This document shows positions 52,871-62,798 of a DNA stretch of 64,000 bases, one piece after another (position 1 is the first letter of the stretch; each line of letters opens with the position of its first letter). The stretch lies in contig CAVZLN010000006.1 in assembly GCA_963776245.1 (NCBI GenBank), positions 672,001 to 736,000 on the forward strand, written 5' to 3'. The notes below the pieces were generated by a model. It searched no databases and had not been told where the DNA came from. It saw nothing but the letters and a program-made list of their open reading frames with translations. This stretch comes from Candidatus Eiseniibacteriota bacterium. GTDB taxonomy: Bacteria > Eisenbacteria > RBG-16-71-46. Made by a program: the position numbers and the translations under genes.

Positions 52871-53881
52871 TCAGGACTGCTCGAACCTGCCGCGCGTCAG
52901 GTAGTTCATCGCCAGCGTCGTGCCATAGACGGTGAGCTCCACCATCGTCGCGATCTCCCGCGTCGTATCCACCACCAGGTCCCGCTCGCGGCACGTGCGC
53001 AGGATACGCTCCACCAGCGCGCGCACCACCGGGCGCTTCACACCCGTCCAGTACGTGATCTTGTCGGTCAGCGGCAACCGCTGCTCCTCGACCAGCTCGG
53101 CCGCCGGCCGCACGTGCTTCCGGCGGCGACCGCGCGGCACGAAGATGTCTCCGAGGTCGGCCTCGAGCGCGACGTTCACCGCCGCGCCGTTCTGCCGCAG
53201 CCAGCGGCGATAGAACTGCTCGACCGTGAGCTTCATGTCCTCGACCGTCACGTCGAGGATCTCGCTCGGCGCCGCCGGCTCCAAATCGCGGACCCGGCGC
53301 ACCACGGCATCAACATAGCGCAACTTGCGTATCGCGGGCCACGCTTTGTATCGGACGCGCCAGTTCGAGCGCGGCGTGAGCCACACCGCGAAGGTCTCGG
53401 CGAAGTCCTCGTCCGGGTGCTTCTGCGCGTACCAGCCGGCGATGTGCCGCACGAACTTGCGGCTGAAGGGCACCGGGCGGTAGCGATCGCGGTAGCGCCG
53501 GTTGAACGGGCCGAACTGCTGGCGCCATTCGGGCTCCGCGAACAGTCGGTAGGCGTAGTTGAACGCGTGCCCGGCCTCGTGCCGCAGGTACATCATGATC
53601 TCGCGTTCGTCCTCGAGGTCGTTCATCGCCCGCTCGAGCCGCGCGAGCTTGGGGTCGGCGAGATAGAACGGGATGCCGATCACCGGCTGGCCATCGGGGC
53701 AGCCCCACTCGTCGGTGAGATAGCACACCGGGCGGAAGCGCCGGATCCCCTTGCGCTCGAGCTCGAGGTAGAGCTGCTTCACCCGCTTCTCCATCGGCGA
53801 GCCCTCGAGCTGGAGCCCGAGCTGACTGATGCGCTTGGAGAGCAGATCGCGGATGTCGGGTGGGGCCTTCTCGAAGATCAT
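52871..53881 (-). CDS. Putative zinc-binding metallopeptidase
   Basis: IPFYLADP, LRHEAGH, WYAQKHPDEDFAETFAVWL. Confidence 0.88.
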   Translation of the reverse strand: MIFEKAPPDIRDLLSKRISQLGLQLEGSPMEKRVKQLYLELERKGIRRFRPVCYLTDEWGCPDGQPVIGIPFYLADPKLARLERAMNDLEDEREIMMYLRHEAGHAFNYAYRLFAEPEWRQQFGPFNRRYRDRYRPVPFSRKFVRHIAGWYAQKHPDEDFAETFAVWLTPRSNWRVRYKAWPAIRKLRYVDAVVRRVRDLEPAAPSEILDVTVEDMKLTVEQFYRRWLRQNGAAVNVALEADLGDIFVPRGRRRKHVRPAAELVEEQRLPLTDKITYWTGVKRPVVRALVERILRTCRERDLVVDTTREIATMVELTVYGTTLAMNYLTRGRFEQS

Positions 53882-54140
53882 GGCGGGGGCCGATGCTAGT
53901 GGCCGCGAAGGGCCGGCACAAGCGCCTTCCGGCCCCCGGGAGGTCGGTTCCGACGAACCGTGTTCACACACAGGTTAAGTCTTGGGGTCCCGGGGCCGCC
54001 CCGGGCACCGATTCCCGTGCTCCCACATCCCAATAACCCGAGTACCAGGCCGCGCGACGCCGGGCCCCCCCGGGCCGTCACGTCCGCGGGTCGTGGAATG
54101 CCGTCCCTACCGGGCCACGCCCGAACCAGGAGATCCCTAG

Positions 54141-54752
54141 ATGAAGCGTCTCACCGTTCTGATCTCGATCGCGGCCATGGCCCTCGCCACGGCGGCGTTC
54201 GCCGCCCCGGCGAAGTTCACGTTCGACCCCCCTCACACCGAGGTGGGGTTCAGCATCCGCCACATCTTCTCGAAGATCCCCGGCAAGTTCACCGACTTCG
54301 GCGGGACACTGCTGTACGACAACAAGGCCATCACCGCGTCCTCGGTGGAGTTCACCATCCAGTCGAAGAGCATCAACACCGGCAACGAGAGGCGCGACGG
54401 CCATCTGCGCTCAGCCGACTTCTTCGATGTCGAGAAGTTCCCGACCCTCACGTTCAAGAGCACCAAGGTCTCGGCCATCCAGGATGGCAAGTTCCAGGTG
54501 ACGGGCGATTTCACCATGCACGGCGTGACCAAGCCCCTGACGCTCGACTGCGAGCTGCTGGGAGAAGGGGACGCGAGCGTGGGCGGCCGGGCGATGGGCT
54601 ACCGGGCCGGATTCGACGCGAAGACGACCCTCAATCGCAAGGACTACGGCATCGTCTACAACACGGTGCTGGACGCCGGTGGCACGATGCTCGGTGACGA
54701 CGTGGCGATCGAGATCCACGTCGAGGCCGTCCGCGAGGCCGCGCAGAAGTAG
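54141..54752 (+). CDS. YceI-family periplasmic protein
   Basis: HTEVGFSIRH, SINTGNERRDGHLRSADFFD, GDFTMHGVTK, NRKDYG. Confidence 0.94.
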   Translation: MKRLTVLISIAAMALATAAFAAPAKFTFDPPHTEVGFSIRHIFSKIPGKFTDFGGTLLYDNKAITASSVEFTIQSKSINTGNERRDGHLRSADFFDVEKFPTLTFKSTKVSAIQDGKFQVTGDFTMHGVTKPLTLDCELLGEGDASVGGRAMGYRAGFDAKTTLNRKDYGIVYNTVLDAGGTMLGDDVAIEIHVEAVREAAQK

Positions 54753-54769
54753 GTCGCTCCCCGGGATCA

Positions 54770-54807
54770 CGAAGGCCCTCCGGTCTGACGGGACCGGAGG
54801 GCCTTCG
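54770..54807. terminator. Perfect 16-bp hairpin between convergent genes (likely bidirectional terminator)
   Basis: cgaaggccctccggtc-tgacgg-gaccggagggccttcg. Confidence 0.7.
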
Positions 54808-54876
54808 CATGGCGGGCGGCGGAGCCGGCCGGGGCGTGAGCGCGTACGTTGGCGCGCTCACACGCCCGGCCTCCGA

Positions 54877-55470
54877 TCAGCGCCCGGTCACGCCGGGCGC
54901 CTTCGGCGCGGTGCCAGCCGCCTGCTTCGCAGCGGCCGTCTCGATCGCGGCGCGCAGGTCCTTCGCGTCGTCGGTGGCGCCGAGCCGTTCCAGCCAGCCG
55001 AGCTGCTCGCGCGCGTGCTCGAGATCGCCGACCTCGACGTAGGCCTCGCCCACGTACTCGCGCGCCGGGGCGTAGTCGGGCTTGAGCGCCAGGCACTTCT
55101 CGTAGGCCGCGAAAGCGGCCTTGTAGTCGCCGGTCTTGCGCGCCGAGTAGCCGGCGAGGTTCCAGGCCTCGTGGAACTTCGGGTCGAGCGCGACGGCGCG
55201 TTCGGCACGCTCGCGCGCGCGCCTGAAGTACTTCTCGGCGCTCGCGGTCCGACCGTGGTCGAGGTCGTCACGCCCCTTGCGGACGTCCTTGAACGCGTCC
55301 CCGTACCAGCGCTCGGCCTCGTGGCGGGGCGAGGCCGCGTCCGCGGTCCCCTGCGGCTGGTCGGGCTGGGAGGTCGGCTCGGGCTTCGACCATCCCCCTC
55401 CCGAAGCGAGGGCGGTGGTGGCGGACAGTACGGCGGCGAGCAGGGCGACGGGCAGAACGGGCTTGCGCAT
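54877..55470 (-). CDS. Secreted TPR protein
   Basis: Signal peptide; AWNLAGYSARKTG...YEKCLALKPDYAPAREYVGEAY. Confidence 0.85.
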   Translation of the reverse strand: MRKPVLPVALLAAVLSATTALASGGGWSKPEPTSQPDQPQGTADAASPRHEAERWYGDAFKDVRKGRDDLDHGRTASAEKYFRRARERAERAVALDPKFHEAWNLAGYSARKTGDYKAAFAAYEKCLALKPDYAPAREYVGEAYVEVGDLEHAREQLGWLERLGATDDAKDLRAAIETAAAKQAAGTAPKAPGVTGR

Positions 55471-55671
55471 GGAGGCCTCGTGGGTGGGGTCCATCGATGA
55501 CCGGTACGGTCTTATGATGCGCCCCGGCCCGCGAGGAGCCATGCGCGATCGGGCCGGGTCGCGACCCCGGCCGGGGTTGGGCCTCCGGGTTCGCCTGCGC
55601 TAGTCTCGCCCCGGCAGTCGCGACACCATCCCCGGTGCGCGGCAGGCGGGACCCCGGACCTGGAGGGACGC

Positions 55672-56502
55672 GTGACATCATCGCTGGCCGCTGTCCTCGC
55701 CACGGTTCTCGCCGCCGCCTCGCCCACGCTCCCGTCACGCGCTCCGGAAGACGCCGCGCGCGCGCTGGTCGAGGCGGAGCACGCGTTCGCGCGGCTGGCC
55801 GCCACCACCAGCACGCGCGACGCGTTCCTCGCGGTGCTGGACGACAGTGGCGTGGTGTTCCGTCCCACCGCGGTGAACGGCAAGCGGGCGTTCGGCGCGC
55901 AACCCGCGCGGCCGAGCGTGCTGGCGTGGGAGCCCGAGTACGCCGAGGTCTCCGCGGCCGGGGACCTGGGGTACACCACCGGGCCGTGGTCCTTCCGGCC
56001 GGGTCCGGCCGACACCGCCGTCGCGTACGGACACTACGTCTCCATCTGGCGCACCGACGCCGGCGGAGCGTGGCGATTGCTGGTGGACCTGGGGGTGTCC
56101 CACGCGGCGCCGCCGACCCTCACGCCCCCCCTGGAGCTGCGTGCCCCACGTGGCGCGGGTTCGCCGGCGCACCCGCGCGCGCTCGACCTCGCATCGCTCA
56201 AAGCGGCGGAGAGCGCGCTGCAGGGTGACGACGCGCTGGTCGCCGCGGCCGCGCCCGATGTCCGGGTGTATCACGGCGAACTCCCCCCCGCGCGCGGGCT
56301 CGCCGCCGGCGCGCCGCGGCTGCGCCATGCCGCCGCCGGGGCGCGCTGGCAGGTCGAGGCCTGCGAGGTGGCACGTTCCGGCGATCTCGGGTACGCGCGC
56401 GGGCTGGTGATGACCGCGGCCGACACCGCGTCCTACGTCCGTGTGTGGCGTCGCGAGAGTGGCCGCTGGCGGGTGGCGCTCGACATCGAGGCGCCGAAAT
56501 GA
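55672..56502 (+). CDS. Secreted tandem NTF2-like (DUF4440-type) protein
   Basis: VSAAGDLGYTTGPW...YVSIWR, repeated as VARSGDLGY...YVRVWRR. Confidence 0.8.
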   Translation: MTSSLAAVLATVLAAASPTLPSRAPEDAARALVEAEHAFARLAATTSTRDAFLAVLDDSGVVFRPTAVNGKRAFGAQPARPSVLAWEPEYAEVSAAGDLGYTTGPWSFRPGPADTAVAYGHYVSIWRTDAGGAWRLLVDLGVSHAAPPTLTPPLELRAPRGAGSPAHPRALDLASLKAAESALQGDDALVAAAAPDVRVYHGELPPARGLAAGAPRLRHAAAGARWQVEACEVARSGDLGYARGLVMTAADTASYVRVWRRESGRWRVALDIEAPK

Positions 56503-56972
56503 ATCGCCCCGCCGATCCGGTGTCCACGCCCACTCTCACGCTGCTCCGTGTGATCTGGCTGGGGCTGGCCGTCGCGCCCGTCAGCTACCTGTCAGTCGCG
56601 TTCCTGACGCGCCCAGGCAGCCCGCTGACCGTGAGCCTGCCCGACCCCTGGAACCCGCTCGAGCTCGTGCTCACCATCGCATCGCTGGTGGCGATCGCCG
56701 CCGGCTTCGTGGTGCCCCGCCTCAGCGGCTCCGGCGTGCGCCGCCAGCTCGGGGACCTGCCACCGGTGGACGACGACGAGCGCGCCCGTGCCGTGCAGCC
56801 GGTGCTGATCTCGCGCTGGGCGATGTTCGAGTCGGTCGCGATCTACGGCTTCGTCATCGTGTTGGCCGGCTCACCGCCCTCGCGCGCGGTCCCGTTCGCG
56901 GCCGTGGCGATGGCGCTCCTGCTGGCGCACCCGCCCAGCCGGGCGCACGTGGACGCGCTGCTGGGCGAGTGA
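56499..56972 (+). CDS. Membrane protein
   Basis: Four hydrophobic segments; ATGA overlap with the upstream gene. Confidence 0.65.
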   Translation: MNRPADPVSTPTLTLLRVIWLGLAVAPVSYLSVAFLTRPGSPLTVSLPDPWNPLELVLTIASLVAIAAGFVVPRLSGSGVRRQLGDLPPVDDDERARAVQPVLISRWAMFESVAIYGFVIVLAGSPPSRAVPFAAVAMALLLAHPPSRAHVDALLGE

Positions 56973-57117
56973 CCCGCGGCGCGGTCCGCCGCGGGCGCAC
57001 GCCGGCCGGACCCGCTACCCTGCGGGCGCGTACCCATTCGGTGGACCGGGACACGGGAACCCCGGGCCGATCCATGGCGGCGAGTTCGTGGACGAGCCCC
57101 CTTCGAGGAGACGGCGC

Positions 57118-57624
57118 ATGAGAGCGATCGGATTGGCGGTGCTGGCCGGGGCGTGCTGGGGCGTCGGCGAGTTGTGCACGAAGATGGTCCTGCAGACGCA
57201 TCACGTCGGCCCGCTCACGGCCATCGCGCTGCGCTCCACGGTGGCGCTCCCGCTGCTCTGGGTGGCCTACCTCGTGGCAGTGCCGATGCTCGGCGCCGAG
57301 CCGACCGGGTGGTGGCGCACGCTCGAGGGCGCCGACATCGCGAAGCTCGTGCTCGGCTCCGGCCTGCTCGCCGGCGCGGGCGGCATGATCTGCTTCTACG
57401 CGGCGCTCAATCTCGACGACATCTCGCGCATCAAGCCGATCGCGTTCACGGTCGCCCCCGCGGTCGCGGTGCTGCTGGGCTGGCTGGTGCTGCGCGAGCC
57501 GATGACGGTGCGCAAGGCCGTCGCGGTGGCGATGATCCTCGCGGGGGTGGTGCTGCTCACCGGCGGCCCGGCGAAGCCCGCCGCGGCGGCGGCCCCGGCC
57601 GCACCACCCTCCGCGGCGCGCTGA
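57118..57624 (+). CDS. Single-domain EamA/DMT transporter
   Basis: CWGVGELCTK, FYAAL, VLLGWLVLREPMTVRKAVAVAMILAGVVLL. Confidence 0.85.
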   Translation: MRAIGLAVLAGACWGVGELCTKMVLQTHHVGPLTAIALRSTVALPLLWVAYLVAVPMLGAEPTGWWRTLEGADIAKLVLGSGLLAGAGGMICFYAALNLDDISRIKPIAFTVAPAVAVLLGWLVLREPMTVRKAVAVAMILAGVVLLTGGPAKPAAAAAPAAPPSAAR

Positions 57625-57633
57625 GCGGGGCCG

Positions 57634-59670
57634 TCAGACCGCGAACGCCTCCGCCTGCCACGCCAGCCCCAGTTCGCCGGGGGGCGCCATGTAGCCGAGC
57701 AGCGCGCTCGCGGCCACCACTGACGGGCTCGCGAGGTAGCCTTCGCCGCCGAGCCCCATGCGGTTGGTCCAGTTCCGATTGAACGTGGTGATCGCGCGCT
57801 GTCCACGGCCCAGCGCATCCGGGCCCTGCCCGAAGCACGGGCCGCACCAGCTCGGGCGGATCTGCCCGCCGGCGGCGCGGAACACCGCGGCGATGCTCTC
57901 GCCGCCGAGACGCGCGTCGGCCCGCTCGATCTGCGCCTTCACCCCGCCCGAGCCCGGGAAGATGACGAACTCCTTCACCGCCTTCGCCAGCCCCTGCGCG
58001 CGCGCCGCCCGCAGCACCAGCGCCGCGCTCAGCAGGTCGTCGTACGAGCCATTGGTGCACGAGCCGATCATCGCCTTGTCGAACGTGATCCGCTCCTTCG
58101 CCACCTCCTCGGCCGGGAACGCGTTGCCGGGGCTGAACGGCTTGGCGATCATCGGCCGCACCTCGGGCAGCGACAGCGTCTCGTCGATCTCCCACGCCAC
58201 GTCGGCGCCCGGGGCGATGCGCGGATAGGGCAGCCCGGTCATGCCCTTGGCGCGATACCAGGCGTACGTGATGTCGTCGGGCGCGAAGATGCCGTTGTAG
58301 CTCTCGGCCTCCGCCATCATGTTGCAGATGGTGTTGCGGAACGCGATCGGCAGCTGGCGGTCGGCGTCCACGAACTCCACGCTCATCCCCTGCGACTGCC
58401 GGGCGCCCCAGCGGCGCAGCAGCTCGAGCACCAGGTCCTTCCCCGTCACCCACGGTTGGAGCGCGCCGCGGAACGTCACCCGGCGCGGCTTCGCCACCGT
58501 GGTGTAGATGTAGCCGGTGCTCCACCCGAAGCCGAGCGTGGTCGATCCCACGCCGATGCCGATGGCGCCGTACGCGCCATAGGCGCGGCTGTGCGAATCG
58601 GCGCCGGGGATGAACGCCCCCGGCAGCACCAGCCCCTGTTCGGGGAAGTAGAAGTGGAAGATGCCGTCGCCGGGCGTGGCGTAGTAGGGCTTGCCGATGC
58701 CGTGCTGGGCCGCGAAGGCGCGGCCGATGGCGGTCTGCCGGTCGTCGGCGTCCACCCCGGTGAACACGAAGTGATCGTTGGCGACCGCGAGCTGGCGCGC
58801 GTCGATGCTGGCGCCGCCGGTGATCTGGTTGAAGGTGTGGATGGCGAAGGGCGCGGTGCCGTCCGAGGCCGGCAGCAGATCGGCGTACGCGCGCAGCGTC
58901 GCGCCCGGCGTCACCGCGGCGTCGCGATCGACCCGATGGGCCCACAGGATCTGCTCGGTCGTGGTCAGGCGGCGCGCGGTCTCGGGGTCCGGCCATGCCA
59001 CCGCGGGCACGCGCTCGACCGAGGCGCGGAACTCGCGACGCCCGGCCGCGAAGATCCCTCCGCTGCGGCGGATCTCGTCCTCCTTCGCGGTCAGCGGCAC
59101 CGGGGCGTAGGCCTTCCCCTGGGTCACGTTGCGCAGCGCGCGGGAGCCGGGCTCGAATTCGAACGTGTCGCCGTCGCGCGCCTCGGCCACGGCCTCGGGC
59201 GACTGCACCACGTGGAGCCCGAGGTTGAAGGCATTGCGGCGGAAGATGTCGCCCATGTTGTTCCCGCACACCACCACCAGCTCGAGCCCGGCCTCCTCGG
59301 CCACGCCCTTGAGACCCGCGGGGCTCATCTCGCGCGATGAGCCGATGGCGAACCGGTCGCCGGCGATCACGAAGGTCTCGCCGCGGTGCACCCGCGCGCG
59401 GAACTCGGGCATCAGGTGACGGAAGCTGCCGGCCTTCCAGCGCTCGTCGAGGGTCTCGAGGCTCTCCGAGACGCAGTCCGCGGCGGGCGTGATCTGGTCG
59501 GTGTCGATGGCGTCGAGCTTGCGGCCCGGCGCCTTCGGGTCCCAGAAGATGAGCGCCTGCCCGCGCAGCACGCGCCCCGCGACCTCGGTGGCGGAATCGG
59601 CCTCGCGCGGTCCGGGCAGGGTCGCGAGCGTCACGCCCGGCTTGAGCCGCGCGGGCTGGATGGAGTGCAT
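57634..59670 (-). CDS. Aconitase-family hydro-lyase: N-terminal swivel (LeuD-like) fused to the [4Fe-4S] large domain (LeuC/HacA-like)
   Basis: IDTDQITP, FAIGSSRE, IFRRNAFNLGL; then TTTEQIL, NDH, GADSHS, GSCTNG, CGPCFG, NRN, YLASP. Confidence 0.9.
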   Translation of the reverse strand: MHSIQPARLKPGVTLATLPGPREADSATEVAGRVLRGQALIFWDPKAPGRKLDAIDTDQITPAADCVSESLETLDERWKAGSFRHLMPEFRARVHRGETFVIAGDRFAIGSSREMSPAGLKGVAEEAGLELVVVCGNNMGDIFRRNAFNLGLHVVQSPEAVAEARDGDTFEFEPGSRALRNVTQGKAYAPVPLTAKEDEIRRSGGIFAAGRREFRASVERVPAVAWPDPETARRLTTTEQILWAHRVDRDAAVTPGATLRAYADLLPASDGTAPFAIHTFNQITGGASIDARQLAVANDHFVFTGVDADDRQTAIGRAFAAQHGIGKPYYATPGDGIFHFYFPEQGLVLPGAFIPGADSHSRAYGAYGAIGIGVGSTTLGFGWSTGYIYTTVAKPRRVTFRGALQPWVTGKDLVLELLRRWGARQSQGMSVEFVDADRQLPIAFRNTICNMMAEAESYNGIFAPDDITYAWYRAKGMTGLPYPRIAPGADVAWEIDETLSLPEVRPMIAKPFSPGNAFPAEEVAKERITFDKAMIGSCTNGSYDDLLSAALVLRAARAQGLAKAVKEFVIFPGSGGVKAQIERADARLGGESIAAVFRAAGGQIRPSWCGPCFGQGPDALGRGQRAITTFNRNWTNRMGLGGEGYLASPSVVAASALLGYMAPPGELGLAWQAEAFAV

Positions 59671-59885
59671 GCGCAGTGCTCCTTGGCGCGGGGTCCGTGC
59701 GAGCGGCGAGGGAAGATGCGCCGGATGCTAGCGCGCGGGCTCGGCGCGTGTCCACATCCGTCGGGCGGGAATGGTCGCGCGGTCCAACGGAGTCTGGCGC
59801 GGGCGCCGCCTCTCCGCCTTCCTCGACCGTCATGGCGAGGTCCATGAGATCACACTCTAGAGAGACGGTAGTTTCCCGACACCAC

Positions 59886-60308
59886 CTACGAAGAAGGAAC
59901 GCCGCCGTCCGTACGTCGCTGAATTACCACGGCAACTAGCCCGACAAGCGCACCCAGGATCGTCGCCCAGACGCCGATCAAGAGGTAGACAGCAACCGCG
60001 GCTATTGCCATGGCCTGGTCTTCTCCGTTACCCGGATTGCGTCGTGAGAGTGAGAAGATGTTCCAGAGCTCGGGAATGTGCTGGGCTGCCTGCGTCACAA
60101 TGCCCGCAAGTGCCCCTCCGACAATCCCACGCCAGAGACGCGGGCTGGGCTGCCGCCCAACCACGATCCACCAGATCAGCGGTGTCAGCAGCACCGTCTG
60201 CAGGAACTGCCCTCGGGCAACAGACCAATCAATGAGCAACCACCAAGTTGTGGTCGACACGAGGACGAATAGCGCTGTCGCCAACCACGTCCTTCGGAGC
60301 ACCGTCAT
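59886..60308 (-). CDS. Small membrane protein (paralog 1), AT-richer islet
   Basis: RBS gaggtgg; 4 TM segments; PRLWRGIVGGAL shared with paralog 2. Confidence 0.75.
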   Translation of the reverse strand: MTVLRRTWLATALFVLVSTTTWWLLIDWSVARGQFLQTVLLTPLIWWIVVGRQPSPRLWRGIVGGALAGIVTQAAQHIPELWNIFSLSRRNPGNGEDQAMAIAAVAVYLLIGVWATILGALVGLVAVVIQRRTDGGVPSS

Positions 60309-60322
60309 GGCCACCTCACCAC

Positions 60323-60739
60323 TCACGAAGAGGGAACGCGGCCGTCCATGCGGCGCTGAATTGCCGCAGCAACTAATCCGACAAGGGCCCCCAGGATGAT
60401 CGCCCAGAAGCAGATCAGTAGAAGGACGGCGAGCGCGGCCATCGCGCCGAACCCTTCATCCCCCTTATACGTTCCCCGGCGTGAGACGAGGCCCCAGATC
60501 AGCGGAATGTTCTCGGCGGCCTGCGTCACAAAGCCAGTGAGTGCTCCTCCGACGATCCCTCGCCAGAGACGCGGCTTGGGTTGCCACCCGACCAAGACCC
60601 ACCAGACGAGCGGCGTGAGAAACAGGGTTGGAAGGACATGCCTCCAAGCGGCCTCCCAATCGATAAACCTCTGCCAGGCCACAATCGAAGCTAGGACGAA
60701 CATCGCCGTAGCCATCCACGTCCTTCGGAGCAGTGTCAT
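60323..60739 (-). CDS. Small membrane protein (paralog 2), AT-richer islet
   Basis: RBS gaggtgg; full-length homology to 59886..60308. Confidence 0.75.
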   Translation of the reverse strand: MTLLRRTWMATAMFVLASIVAWQRFIDWEAAWRHVLPTLFLTPLVWWVLVGWQPKPRLWRGIVGGALTGFVTQAAENIPLIWGLVSRRGTYKGDEGFGAMAALAVLLLICFWAIILGALVGLVAAAIQRRMDGRVPSS

Positions 60740-60763
60740 GGCCACCTCGCCTCACTGCGGCAG

Positions 60764-60898
60764 CTAGGGTCGCAGGATGATCCTTCTCCAGAGTCTCTCT
60801 TCACCGACCTTCAGCTGGCAAAGATACACGCCGGGACTGAGTCGTTGGCCTGACGCGCCTCACCCGTCCCACTCCACGGAATGATCACCTGGCGGTCC
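60764..60898 (-). pseudogene. Orphan C-terminal fragment of a FlgD/T9SS-like CTD with in-frame stop
   Basis: Reads PPGDHSVEWDG*GASGQRLSPGVYLCQLKVGEERLWRRIILRP* (internal TGA at 60860-60862). Confidence 0.7.
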
Positions 60899-60969
60899 GG
60901 GTCGCGCCCGGGGGCATCGCGGGGGAAGGAAGGGCGGCGCGGACGAGGGCCCGCTCCGCCGGCGCCGCC

Positions 60970-61503
60970 TCAGTCCTCGACGACGTCCTCGGCGCGCGAA
61001 CGTCCGGCGTCGGGGGTCACCGGGCGGGGCGACTGCTCGAACACGCGCGTGGAACTGACGCGCTGCTTGTTCACCAGCCGCACCCCGTCGGTGCACACGA
61101 GCGCGAAGTAGTCGCCGGCGGCGTTGAGGAAGTCCGAGGCGCGATTCAGGTCCTCGGGCAGCTCGATGAGGATGCGGCCCGACAGCTCGCGGCCGCTGCA
61201 CAGGCGCACGTGCACGCGCTCCTCGCGCGTCACCTGCCACGCCGGCGGCCACACCAGCTTCTCGGGCACTCCCCGGCCGGGCTCCACCAGCTCGATCTCG
61301 AGCCGCTGGACGAGCAGGATCGCGGCATCGCGCTCGCGCTGGAACGGCACCACGCGGTCGTGCGTGTTGAGCCGCTCGAGCAGCGTCTCGGGCCCGGCGT
61401 GGAACTCCGCCTGGGGACCGAGCGCGAGCGTGCCGTCCATGGGTGGCTCGTGCGGCAACCACAGGCGCACGGCGACCCGGAGCTTCTCGATGTGCTTGGG
61501 CAT
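60970..61503 (-). CDS. Hypothetical protein with two internal beta-rich repeats, divergent from pilT
   Basis: ETLLERLN...VVPF and RASDFLN...YFAL halves; typical codon usage. Confidence 0.7.
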   Translation of the reverse strand: MPKHIEKLRVAVRLWLPHEPPMDGTLALGPQAEFHAGPETLLERLNTHDRVVPFQRERDAAILLVQRLEIELVEPGRGVPEKLVWPPAWQVTREERVHVRLCSGRELSGRILIELPEDLNRASDFLNAAGDYFALVCTDGVRLVNKQRVSSTRVFEQSPRPVTPDAGRSRAEDVVED

Positions 61504-61715
61504 GGGCCTCTCGTCCGGGAACAGGGATCCTCGGCCAAGGTATCGGCCGCCCGGGGGGCGGAGTTGACGCCCTCCTGTCCCCCGGTCATTTGGCGCTGGG
61601 GGGAGCGCCCCGGGCAGCCGACAACAGGCTCGGGCGGGTGTCCCTGCGTCCGATGGGGCGCGACGGTCCGGCCCCCACGCGCAGGCGCCGCACGGCTCCA
61701 CCACCCGGGGGACCC

Positions 61716-62798
61716 ATGGCTCGCATCGACGCCATCCTCAAGCTCGTCAAGGAACAGGGCGCCTCCGACCTGCACATGACCACGGGCGCGCCGCCGATCA
61801 TGCGCATCCATGGCGCCATCACCCCCATCCCCAACGAGCCGTTGACCCGCGAGCTCACCGAACTGCTGCTGTTCGAGATGATGGACGCCGACATCCGCGC
61901 CCGTTACGACCAGATGAGGGACGTGGACTTCTCCTACGAGGTCGCGGGCGTGGTGCGCGTGCGCTGCAACATCTACGAGCAGTCGCGCGGGGTCGCGGGC
62001 GCGTTCCGCATCCTGCCCAACCAGATCCTGTCGCTCGACCAGCTCGGCCTGCCTCCCCAGGTGGCGCGGCTCACCGAGATGGCGCGCGGGCTGGTGCTGG
62101 TCACCGGCCCTCCCGGCACCGGCAAGACGAGCACGCTCGCGGCGATGCTCGACCACATCAACCGCAACCAGGCGAAGCACATCCTCACCATCGAGGACCC
62201 GATCGAGTACCGCCACCAGAACAAGCTCTCGCTGGTGACCCAGCGGGAGGTCGGGCGCCACACGCCGTCGTTCGCGCAGGCGCTGCGCGCGGCGTTGCGC
62301 GAGGACCCGGACGTGATCCTGGTGGGCGAGATGCGCGATCCCGAGACCATGCAGCTGGCGATCACCGCGGCCGCGACCGGCCAGCTGGTGTTCGGCACGC
62401 TCCACACCATGAGCGCGGCGCAGACCGTGGACCGCATGATCGACTCCTTCGACGGCGAGAAGCAGGCCCAGGTGCGCCTGATGCTCGCGGAGTCGCTCAA
62501 GGGCGTGCTCGCCCAGCGCCTGCTGCGCAAGCAGGACGGCAAGGGCCGCGCGCTCGCGGTCGAGATCCTGGGCGGCAACTCCGCCGTCTCCTCGCTCATC
62601 CGCGAGAAGAAGACCTTCCAGCTGGGCTCGGTCATCCAGACCGGCAAGCGCGAGGGCATGCAGACCATGGACGAGAGCGTGATCGCGCTGGTGCGCGCCG
62701 GCGAGGTGGCCGCCGAGGACGCGGCGCCGCATCTCGTCAACCGCGAGCTGCTCGCGCCCTTCGAACGCGGCGCGGGGCCCCGCGCGCAGGCGGCGTGA
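61716..62798 (+). CDS. pilT: Type IV pilus retraction ATPase
   Basis: ASDLHM, GPPGTGKTSTL, TIEDPIE, ALREDPDVILVGEMRD, GTLHT, SLIRE, GMQTMD. Confidence 0.95.
   Translation: MARIDAILKLVKEQGASDLHMTTGAPPIMRIHGAITPIPNEPLTRELTELLLFEMMDADIRARYDQMRDVDFSYEVAGVVRVRCNIYEQSRGVAGAFRILPNQILSLDQLGLPPQVARLTEMARGLVLVTGPPGTGKTSTLAAMLDHINRNQAKHILTIEDPIEYRHQNKLSLVTQREVGRHTPSFAQALRAALREDPDVILVGEMRDPETMQLAITAAATGQLVFGTLHTMSAAQTVDRMIDSFDGEKQAQVRLMLAESLKGVLAQRLLRKQDGKGRALAVEILGGNSAVSSLIREKKTFQLGSVIQTGKREGMQTMDESVIALVRAGEVAAEDAAPHLVNRELLAPFERGAGPRAQAA

Noticed and set aside
60860..60862. Selenocysteine or readthrough at the in-frame TGA in the CTD fragment
   Set aside because: The position corresponds to Arg in WDGR of intact CTDs (a CGA>TGA change would suffice), and the fragment has no start or upstream body.
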